A DNA stretch of 64,000 nt from positions 4,864,001 to 4,928,000 of the forward strand of contig CAWIPH010000002.1 of NCBI GenBank assembly GCA_963837955.1. The letters run 5' to 3'. Positions 40,426 through 51,050 of the stretch are shown here, piece after piece. Each line of letters opens with the position of its first letter. Position 1 is the stretch's first letter. This DNA comes from an uncultured Verrucomicrobiae bacterium (GTDB taxonomy: Bacteria > Verrucomicrobiota > Verrucomicrobiia > Chthoniobacterales > JAFAMB01). The notes under the pieces were generated by a model. It made no database searches and was not told the origin of the DNA. It saw only the letters and a list, made by a program, of their open reading frames with translations. The translations under genes and the position numbers were made by a program.

Positions 40426-41826
40426 TTATCCATATGCGGCCAATTCCTCAGCGGGATAGGTCCAAATCTCGCTGAGAGTTGGATGATAGTGCGGTATCGC
40501 GGCAAGGTCCGAAGCTTTCGCTCGGAAATGCATCGCAACAACGATTTCATGAATCAGCTCCGAGGCCTCAGGCCCGACAACCGCTCCCCCCAAAATTTCC
40601 TGAGTGTCCGCGTCGGCGATCAGCTTGACTAACCCCTGCGTCTCCCCTCGAATCATCGATTTGCCGTGATCGTCGAACGGATAGGTCGCCACCCGAACTC
40701 TCCTGCCCTCGGCCTTTGCCTGCTTCTCCGTCAATCCAACAATCGCAAGCTCCGGATGCGAAAATATGGCAAAGAGGCGAAGGCGATAGTCAATCGGGGT
40801 CAATTCCTCGTTTCTCAGCCACCGAGCTGCATTGCGCGCCGCAGCGGTTGCCTGCTCAATCCCTATATGAACCACGTCGAATTGGCCAGTTGCGTCGCCG
40901 GCAGCAAATATATGCGGCTGACTGGTCTGCATTAGATCGTTGACGCCAACGGCGGAGTTTTCGTCCATCTTTACCTGAGCGGCATCCAGATGCAGCCGGC
41001 TAATCGCCGCTCGCCGGCCAAGCGCATAGAAGACTTCATCGGCGGACATAGCGTGTTCCTGCCCATCTTTGACGAACCTTACAACTTTGCGGTCCTCCTT
41101 TTTTTCGATCGCGACCAATTTCGTGCCGCTTATCATCTCTACGCCGTTCCGTCTATAGGCTTCGGTAAGCGCGGCGGCCACGTCCGCGTCGGCTTCCTTG
41201 ATGAACTGCGGACTGCGCTGCAGGACGGTAACGTTCGTCCCGAGCGCATTATAAAAATGAGCGAACTCGAGGGCGATCGCTCCTCCGCCCAGGATGATTA
41301 TGGAAGCGGGTACTCGGTCGCTATCCAATGCTATATCGCTGTCCAAATAGCCCACCTCAGTCAGACCCGGCAAATCGATCACATTCAGTTCGGATCCAGT
41401 CGAGATGAGAGCAGTGCGAAAGCGGATTTCTCTAATAGAGCCATTCAGCCCTTCCAGCCTTAATTGGTGAGGGTCGATAAAGGCCGCATAGGCTCGAACG
41501 AAATCAAACTTTCCCTTTTCTAATTGGCTTCGCCGATAGTCCGCAAATCCGTTGATCAACGATCGTTTGCGTCGTCGAATGGCTCCGACATCGAACCCGA
41601 GATGACCCGCACTCAGCCCAAATTCTTGAGCACGACGGAGAGAAAGAAAACGATTAGCCGATTCGAGAAGGGTCTTGCTGGGCATGCAGCCACGGAGAAT
41701 GCAAAGTCCGCCGACGTCAGCTGCCCCTTCGACACTGATCGTCCGCAGACCCAATTTTGCGGCTTCCGTCGCCGCGCCATAGCCTGCGCTCCCCGCTCCG
41801 ATCACCGCAAAATCATATTCGTCCAT
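40426..41826 (-). CDS. Pyridine nucleotide-disulfide oxidoreductase class I (Lpd/MerA-like)
   Basis: GAGSAG, GGLCILRGCMPSK, GGG.IALE, HPTLSE; no MerA C-terminal CC. Confidence 0.9.
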   Translation of the reverse strand: MDEYDFAVIGAGSAGYGAATEAAKLGLRTISVEGAADVGGLCILRGCMPSKTLLESANRFLSLRRAQEFGLSAGHLGFDVGAIRRRKRSLINGFADYRRSQLEKGKFDFVRAYAAFIDPHQLRLEGLNGSIREIRFRTALISTGSELNVIDLPGLTEVGYLDSDIALDSDRVPASIIILGGGAIALEFAHFYNALGTNVTVLQRSPQFIKEADADVAAALTEAYRRNGVEMISGTKLVAIEKKEDRKVVRFVKDGQEHAMSADEVFYALGRRAAISRLHLDAAQVKMDENSAVGVNDLMQTSQPHIFAAGDATGQFDVVHIGIEQATAAARNAARWLRNEELTPIDYRLRLFAIFSHPELAIVGLTEKQAKAEGRRVRVATYPFDDHGKSMIRGETQGLVKLIADADTQEILGGAVVGPEASELIHEIVVAMHFRAKASDLAAIPHYHPTLSEIWTYPAEELAAYG

Positions 41827-42025
41827 AGTCGCTTTCTTCGGTTCGTCATTTTGAACACGCCCCATCAAGAGAAACAATCGCGGGATTTTAGCGATCTGGC
41901 AACAGCCGGAGGTCTCACGGGCGCCGAATGCCGCCTCCTCAGCACGCAAGAGGGCATTGCGGTAAATCCCCAAAATATTGAGCTAATGCCCGGGTTCGAA
42001 TACTAGATATTGAACCTCTACTCGC

Positions 42026-44640
<2,615 letters not shown>

Positions 44641-44719
44641 GTGATTTGTCCGCCGGAGACCTACTTTCGCGGGGATCTCCGATTTGAGACGCCTGCTTCG
44701 TTGAAAAGTAATTTTTATT

Positions 44720-47305
44720 ATGCCTCGCCATCCCGATGAAAAAGTAGACCCGGTAAATGTAGCCGAGGAGATGTCCAAGTCGTTTTTGGACTACTCCATG
44801 TCGGTAATCATCTCCCGGGCTCTGCCGGATGCTCGGGACGGATTGAAACCCTCTCAGCGGCGAATCTTGTATTCGATGAACGGGCTCGGCGTGCTTCCAA
44901 ACCGGAAACATACCAAGTGCGCCAAGATCGTGGGTGAAACGATGGGTAACTACCACCCGCATGGCGACATGGCCATCTATCCGACTCTCGTCCACATGGC
45001 TCAACCATGGGCGATGCGGGAAAGGTTAGTTGACGGGCAAGGCAATTTCGGATCGATGGACGGCGATCCCCCCGCTTCCATGCGGTATACCGAAGCCCGG
45101 CTCACTCAGCTCGGCGCGATTCTGATGGAGGACATGGAACGGGATACGGTTGATTTCGTTCCAAATTACGATGAAACCACCAGAGAACCGACTGTCTTTC
45201 CGGCAGCCTTCCCCAATCTCTTGGTAAACGGAGGCACCGGGATCGCCGTAGGGATGGCAACGAATATCCCGCCGCATAATCTTGGTGAAATTGTCGACGC
45301 TATTTGCGAGCTGATCGATAACGCCGATCTCTCAGTCGATCGGCTCCTGGAGCTGGTCAAAGGTCCCGATTTTCCCACCGGATGCACCATCTGCGGGACT
45401 AGCGGCATTCGCCAGTACTTCGAAACCGGCCGCGGCAGCATCAAGGTACGTGGCAATGCGACAATTGAAGCCGGAAAACAGAACCGTGAGTCGATTGTTA
45501 TTACGGAGATCCCGTACAACGTAAATCGTGCGGATTTGATCAAACGCATCGCCGCCCTGATCCAAGACAAGGTGATAACCGAGATCGCGGACGTCCGTGA
45601 TCTCTCCGACGAAAATACCCGGATCGAACTTGAGCTGAAGCGCGATGCGAACGCCAATGTCGTGCTGAATAATCTCTACAAACACACCGCGTTAGAGAGC
45701 TCTTTCGCCGTGAACATGCTGGCGATTGATCATGGTCGACCAAAACTGCTTTCAGTTCGGGAGGCTTTACACTGCTTCATTGAACACCGCCGGGAGGTGG
45801 TCTTACGGCGGACACGCTATCTTCTACGCCAGGCTGAGAACCGGGCGGAAGCGTTAGAAGGCTATCTCATCGCGTTGGCCAATTTGGATGATTTCATCGA
45901 AATCATTCGGAATTCGGCGAATCGGGAAGAGGCTCGGGTCAAGTTGCTCGCCTACGAATTCACCAGGCAGCAGGTAGAGCACTTCGGTATCCGGGTTCGC
46001 AGCGAAGCACGGCTGGTAGAGGGACGGTACGCCTTCAGTGACACACAGGCCGATCAGATCTTGGAGTTGCGACTCTATCAACTTACCGGTTTGGAACGGG
46101 AGAAGATCGTCAATGAATACGGAGAGTTGCTTCTGCGCATCCATGACCTGGTCGACATTCTCGATCGAGCAGATCGAGTGATGAATATCATCAAAGAAGA
46201 ACTGCAGAAGGTAAGAGAAAAGTACGATTCGCCGCGACTCACGCAGATCGTGCCGGCAGAGGGTGATATTGATATCGAAGATCTGATTGCCAACGAGGGA
46301 TGCATCATCACCATCACGCATGGCGGATACATCAAGCGAACTCCGGAAAGTGAATTTCGCGCCCAGCGCCGCGGCGGCCGGGGCGTCATCGGTATGGCAA
46401 CCCGCGAGGCGCAGATCGAAGGGGAAGAAGGAGACTTCGTCGAACACCTGTTTACGGCGAGTACTCACGATTCTCTGATGTTTTTCACGCGAACAGGTCG
46501 GTGCTACGTGGAGAAGGTCTACGAAATCCCCCAAATGAGCCGTGCCTCGAAGGGGCGCTCGATGGCGAACCTCCTGGAATTGCGCCCGGAGGAGAAAATT
46601 GCAGCTACGCTCCGGATCGAAGCCAAAGGGGAAAATGGAGATGCCGAGACGAGCACTTGGAATCCTGAGCTCCATATCATGTTTGCCACCCGAAGCGGGC
46701 TAGTGAAAAAGACTAATTTGTCGGACTTCGCCAACGTCCGGAAAGGCGGAATTATCGCCGTACAGATCGAGGAGAACGATGAATTAATCGATGCGCTGCT
46801 TACTAATGGTAGCGACGAGGTGGTGCTTATTACCCACAACGGAATGAGCATTCGTTTCCATGAAGAGGAAGCCCGCGATATGGGACGGAACGCGGTCGGA
46901 GTGTGGGGCATCCGTCCGGAGGAAGGGGATGAAGTGGTCGGAATTGCTAAGGTTGTCCCGGATGCGATGTTGCTTGTTGCCGGTTCAAACGGGATAGGAA
47001 AACGAACTGGGTTCGATGCTTACCGGCGCCAGTCGCGAGGCGGGAAAGGGATCATCACAATGAAGACCAGTGACCGAACGGGTGACGTAATCGGGGCTCT
47101 CACCGTTCACGAATCGGATGAGGTGATGCTCATCACGACCGGCGGGCAAATGGTTCGGATTCGTGTGAAGGAAATTCGCGAGGCCGGGCGGAACACAATG
47201 GGGGTAAAACTCATCGATCTAATCGAGGGAGAAAAACTGCAGGATATTGCCCCGGTAGTCTCGCAGGATGTGATGGAGGGAAGCGACGACTCTCCGGAAA
47301 GCTGA
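44720..47305 (+). CDS. gyrA: DNA gyrase subunit A
   Basis: RALPDARDGLKP, YHPHGD, MRYTE, GyrA-box QRRGGRG. Confidence 0.98.
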   Translation: MPRHPDEKVDPVNVAEEMSKSFLDYSMSVIISRALPDARDGLKPSQRRILYSMNGLGVLPNRKHTKCAKIVGETMGNYHPHGDMAIYPTLVHMAQPWAMRERLVDGQGNFGSMDGDPPASMRYTEARLTQLGAILMEDMERDTVDFVPNYDETTREPTVFPAAFPNLLVNGGTGIAVGMATNIPPHNLGEIVDAICELIDNADLSVDRLLELVKGPDFPTGCTICGTSGIRQYFETGRGSIKVRGNATIEAGKQNRESIVITEIPYNVNRADLIKRIAALIQDKVITEIADVRDLSDENTRIELELKRDANANVVLNNLYKHTALESSFAVNMLAIDHGRPKLLSVREALHCFIEHRREVVLRRTRYLLRQAENRAEALEGYLIALANLDDFIEIIRNSANREEARVKLLAYEFTRQQVEHFGIRVRSEARLVEGRYAFSDTQADQILELRLYQLTGLEREKIVNEYGELLLRIHDLVDILDRADRVMNIIKEELQKVREKYDSPRLTQIVPAEGDIDIEDLIANEGCIITITHGGYIKRTPESEFRAQRRGGRGVIGMATREAQIEGEEGDFVEHLFTASTHDSLMFFTRTGRCYVEKVYEIPQMSRASKGRSMANLLELRPEEKIAATLRIEAKGENGDAETSTWNPELHIMFATRSGLVKKTNLSDFANVRKGGIIAVQIEENDELIDALLTNGSDEVVLITHNGMSIRFHEEEARDMGRNAVGVWGIRPEEGDEVVGIAKVVPDAMLLVAGSNGIGKRTGFDAYRRQSRGGKGIITMKTSDRTGDVIGALTVHESDEVMLITTGGQMVRIRVKEIREAGRNTMGVKLIDLIEGEKLQDIAPVVSQDVMEGSDDSPES

Positions 47306-47410
47306 CCGGTCCGCAGCGGGCAGATTGGTAAGCGCCAGTCCGCGGGTTTTTTAACCTCGCCAGCGCACGAAATACTAGATGGACGGGCCGCGACGGCTTA
47401 ACTTCGTCCT

Positions 47411-48058
47411 ATGCAGTTGGGCCGAAACCGCATCGAGGCGCTTGCCGACGGTGTGTTCGCGGTCGCGATGACTCTGCTCGTTCTAGACATTAAGGTGCCG
47501 GAATTGCAGCCGCTGGCCGCGGCAGAACTGCCCGCCAAACTGCTCGCTCTCTGGCCCAAATTTCTGAGTTATCTTATTAGCGTCGTTATTCTGGGAGTCT
47601 ACTGGGTCGGGCATCACGCTCAGCTGTCGTTCATCCGACGTGCGGACCGACCCTTGCTTTGGATTAACATTCTTTTTTTACTCTGGGTGGCCCTGGTGCC
47701 TTTTTCGACCGCGCTGCTCAGTGAATACTCAAAAACTCGGATTGCGATCGCGGTCTATGGAGTCAACCTGATCGCAATCGGTCTAACACTCGCGCTTCAT
47801 TGGTGGTACGCCACCACCGAAAACCGTCACGTCGATCCCGACATTCATTCCAACTTGATCCGAGGCGCGATGAAGAGAACGCTGATGGCTCCAATCGTTT
47901 ATCTTGTCGCAATTGCGCTGTCTTTTATTAGAACTGAGTTGAGCCTGGCCCTGTACGCATTGGTTCCGATTCTGTATATCTTTCCGGGCGCGATCGATAT
48001 GCATTGGGGCGGACGCCCGCCAGGCAAATCTAAAACGGACCAGCCCGTGGCGAAATAG
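47411..48058 (+). CDS. TMEM175-family potassium channel
   Basis: RIEALADGVFAVAMTLLVLDI, W..HH, ~6 TM segments. Confidence 0.88.
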   Translation: MQLGRNRIEALADGVFAVAMTLLVLDIKVPELQPLAAAELPAKLLALWPKFLSYLISVVILGVYWVGHHAQLSFIRRADRPLLWINILFLLWVALVPFSTALLSEYSKTRIAIAVYGVNLIAIGLTLALHWWYATTENRHVDPDIHSNLIRGAMKRTLMAPIVYLVAIALSFIRTELSLALYALVPILYIFPGAIDMHWGGRPPGKSKTDQPVAK

Positions 48059-48166
48059 ATCCCGGACCGTTGGTTAAATTCGCTGGTCGGATGGTCAGAA
48101 CGGCAAGCCGCCGTTCTTCATACAGGAGCAGTTCGTCAGCGCTCTGCGAATACGCTTGCGCTTTGT

Positions 48167-48781
48167 TCAGCGAGGGAGCGAGCGCTCCAGGTTAGTGGCC
48201 ACAAAATGACGGATCGCCTCCAGAATATTCTGGTCGACCTCATCCTGGGTCTGGCCACTTGCCTTGAGTCTGCCTTTGGTGACCACCAGCGAATGATCTC
48301 CGCCCTCGACGACGTGGAGTTCATTGGTCGCCGTCATTTCTCGTCGAACACTCTCCAGCAAATCCAAGGGGCAGAGCGGGTCGCGCGTTCCTTGCACGAA
48401 CAAAACTGGCGTCGACAATGCGCGGAGCACTTCGGCCCGCAGCCTGGTCCGATCCCCCCCTCCGCAAAGCGGGTAACCAAGGCAAACGACGGCAGCTACA
48501 TCTTCGACCAATGCGAGATGGCATCCGACTCGCCCTCCAAGACTTTTTCCGATAAGAACGGTCGGCCCGTCGTGTGCGTGCCGGGCTTGAGCCAGCGCTT
48601 CCCGATGAGCGGCAATAAGCTTCGGCAGCGGATCAGGCCGTTTGCTTCCTTTTTCCATATACGGATAGTCGAAAGCGTAAACGGCGCCGATCGCCGCCAG
48701 CCTCCTGGCCCAACCTTGCATCCATGGATGCGAGGAAGGCGCACCGGCTCCATGAGCAAAGACAAAGATGGGCGTTTCCAT
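48167..48781 (-). CDS. Alpha/beta hydrolase (KANSL3-like)
   Basis: AHGAGAP, GKSLGGR, LGYPL, QGTRD, GDHS. Confidence 0.9.
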   Translation of the reverse strand: METPIFVFAHGAGAPSSHPWMQGWARRLAAIGAVYAFDYPYMEKGSKRPDPLPKLIAAHREALAQARHAHDGPTVLIGKSLGGRVGCHLALVEDVAAVVCLGYPLCGGGDRTRLRAEVLRALSTPVLFVQGTRDPLCPLDLLESVRREMTATNELHVVEGGDHSLVVTKGRLKASGQTQDEVDQNILEAIRHFVATNLERSLPR

Positions 48782-49024
48782 GTTGGACTTTTTGCCGGTC
48801 AGGGTCACATCGCTAAAAGCAGATTTTAGCACGTTAGGACGGCAACGATGATCTCATGCGAAAGAGCACCCGGTACAATTTGATTCGAGGCCATGTTTTA
48901 AGGGGCGGCTGTTAAAAACGAATCGTCGGTTGATCCCACACACGGCTCCCGACTCCGCAATGCCTCCTACGTCGCGACCAGCTCTGTAGCGTTCCTCAAG
49001 CGCGCTGCTAGGGCGGGCAAAGGG

Positions 49025-49160
49025 AAGCGACGGCGGCAAGCCGATCCCGCTGATGCGCTATCAGGCTTTAGGCCCAGCAACCTTGCGTGTGCTGTATGTA
49101 GACCTTACGGATTCAAGGGTAAACCCTTAAACCGCGAGCCTCCTGAGCCACCATGACGCT
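49025..49160 (-). ncRNA. Candidate structured ncRNA, family not recognised
   Basis: Closing stem plus several internal helices; G-U pairs and a GCAA loop are consistent only with the minus strand. Confidence 0.5.
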
Positions 49161-49313
49161 TTTTTCACTACCTGTAGCTTTCCACGCTTATCTTTTTGGC
49201 CGAAAGCGCCACTCTGGCACAGTCCAAATGCGAAACGAGAACTTTTCAAACTTCGCAATTTTTGCGGGTTGCCTGCCCGAATTTGCTCTCTAGACTTTAG
49301 GGCACTTCTTCTT

Positions 49314-49763
49314 ATGGGAAAGCGAAAGAGGAAATTGTCAGTCAAGAGGCTTCCACTCCAACGGGAGCTCGATTTTTTTCACGAGGGCGAGTACTTCGAT
49401 CTCAAGGCAATTTTCAACAAGATAAACGCCGAGTATTTCAACAATGCCCTCAAAGGATACGCGATTACGTGGGGGAGACGCCGGAGATTGCCGCCGAAAG
49501 AGTATTTCGTCTTCGGCACCATCCAAGAAGAAGACCGTATCATCAGGATTCATCCTCTTTTGGATGCTCCGTTCGTGCCTACCTGGTTTTTGGAGTACGT
49601 GATTTACCACGAAATGCTCCACGCGATCGTGCCTGAGGAGGTAGACGAAACCGGTCGTCGCAGGGTCCACACATCGGAATTTTATCGCAGGGAGCAAAAA
49701 TTTCACTGCTACCAGCGGGCCCGTCGCTGGGAAGACGAAAACCTCGATCGTTTTCTCCGCTGA
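49314..49763 (+). CDS. SprT/zincin-like metalloprotease-domain protein
   Basis: IYHEMLHA, downstream H...F...E; F..IN..YF motif. Confidence 0.8.
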   Translation: MGKRKRKLSVKRLPLQRELDFFHEGEYFDLKAIFNKINAEYFNNALKGYAITWGRRRRLPPKEYFVFGTIQEEDRIIRIHPLLDAPFVPTWFLEYVIYHEMLHAIVPEEVDETGRRRVHTSEFYRREQKFHCYQRARRWEDENLDRFLR

Positions 49764-49771
49764 GCTAGCTG

Positions 49772-50107
49772 ATGTGTGGTGATGTTCGGGTGGTTTTCTG
49801 CACGTTTCCCGATCCTGAAACTGCCCGCAAGATTGCCAGAGCCGCGGTGGAGCAGCGCTACGCGGCATGCGCTAATCTGGTGCCGGGCCTCCAATCAATT
49901 TATCGTTGGCGCGGTTTAGTCGAGCAAACGATCGAAACTTTAGTGATCTATAAGACTTCAGCGACCCGCTACCCTGATTTGGAGGCGTTTCTATTGCGAT
50001 CTCACCCGTACGAGGTTCCCGAGATCATCGCTCTCCCCTTATCTTCGGGATCTGCCTCCTACCTTCGTTGGGTGCTCGATAATTCTGTTCCAGAGCCAGG
50101 ATCGTGA
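49772..50107 (+). CDS. cutA: Divalent-cation tolerance protein CutA
   Basis: AACAN, SIYRW.G, HPYEVPEII, YL.W. Confidence 0.95.
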   Translation: MCGDVRVVFCTFPDPETARKIARAAVEQRYAACANLVPGLQSIYRWRGLVEQTIETLVIYKTSATRYPDLEAFLLRSHPYEVPEIIALPLSSGSASYLRWVLDNSVPEPGS

Positions 50108-50233
50108 CGCGTACGTGGTAAGGGTCCCGCGACCGGGCATCTGCATTGATCCTTCGGGCAAGCGTCGTAAAAAAGACATTCAAGCGTGCGCTCCCGCTGA
50201 GGCGTTTTTCGCTTCCGGTTGCCACTACGCTAC

Positions 50234-50265
50234 AAAAAAAAGGACCGGCGCAATGCCGGTCCTTT
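50234..50265 (-). terminator. Intrinsic terminator of bamA-skp
   Basis: Minus strand AAAGGACCGGC-ATTGC-GCCGGTCC followed by T8. Confidence 0.85.
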
Positions 50266-50295
50266 CGTGCAAACGTAGCAACTAACAGCGAATGA

Positions 50296-50982
50296 TTAGG
50301 GCTTCTTGGTGGGGCTGGGGAATCCACCCGGTTTGGTTGTAGTAGCCGGAGTATTTGTTCCGGAAGGTTGCGCCGAAGATTTCGGACTGGGGGTACCCGT
50401 CGGCCGATTCGCGTTCAGCTTGGCGATTACGACATCGCTAAAATCCATGTTGTCTTTCGCATAGACTAGCACGGTGGTTCCCAGACCGGCACTGCGTCCG
50501 GACTTATCGAGAACGAGGTCATAGCTTTGAGTCTTCACCTGGTCGCTGACAACCTTCATGATGTCATCCACCAAGCCAGAAACCATGTGGTTCTGCTCTT
50601 CCTGAAGCTGCTTGGAACGAGAATCGCGGAATTCGGTCATCTCTTTTTCCAGACCCTGCTCTTCGGAGATCTTGGCGTCTCGCTCTTGAGCTTTCTGATC
50701 CTTGGTCGCGGCACTTACGTCCGGACGATTCATTTCCTCGTTCAGTTTGTTGATGGCGTCGATATCTTTTTTGCGCGTGTCCATGCGCTGATTCAGCTCG
50801 TCGTTCGCGGCTTTTTGCGCCTCTTCCAGTTTCTCTTTCGCCTCCTGTGTTTTGTAGTAGGCAGCGAGCACCTTCTGCATATCAATCGTGCCAATCTTAA
50901 GTTGTTGAGCCTGGACTGGGGCAGACAAAAGCGCGCTAGCCATGCAAAGGCCGGCAATCGCAACGAATCGGGATTTCATCAT
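50296..50982 (-). CDS. skp: OmpH/Skp periplasmic chaperone
   Basis: Signal peptide, KIGTIDMQKV, coiled coil, YDLVLDKS, D.SD.VI..LN; follows bamA. Confidence 0.9.
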   Translation of the reverse strand: MMKSRFVAIAGLCMASALLSAPVQAQQLKIGTIDMQKVLAAYYKTQEAKEKLEEAQKAANDELNQRMDTRKKDIDAINKLNEEMNRPDVSAATKDQKAQERDAKISEEQGLEKEMTEFRDSRSKQLQEEQNHMVSGLVDDIMKVVSDQVKTQSYDLVLDKSGRSAGLGTTVLVYAKDNMDFSDVVIAKLNANRPTGTPSPKSSAQPSGTNTPATTTKPGGFPSPTKKP

Positions 50983-51050
50983 ATTAATACACTTACTAAG
51001 ACTAATAGCGTGGCTGGGTTTGATTTCAGACCGCTGTCGACAAATTCCGT

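Noticed and set aside
40426..41826. Mercuric reductase / mer operon
   Set aside because: No C-terminal Cys-Cys, no NmerA domain and no neighbouring mer genes.
49070..49100. SAM riboswitch (CAGCAACC...GTGCT on the plus strand)
   Set aside because: The AUC/GAU P1 core and kink-turn are missing, and wobble pairs favour the minus strand.
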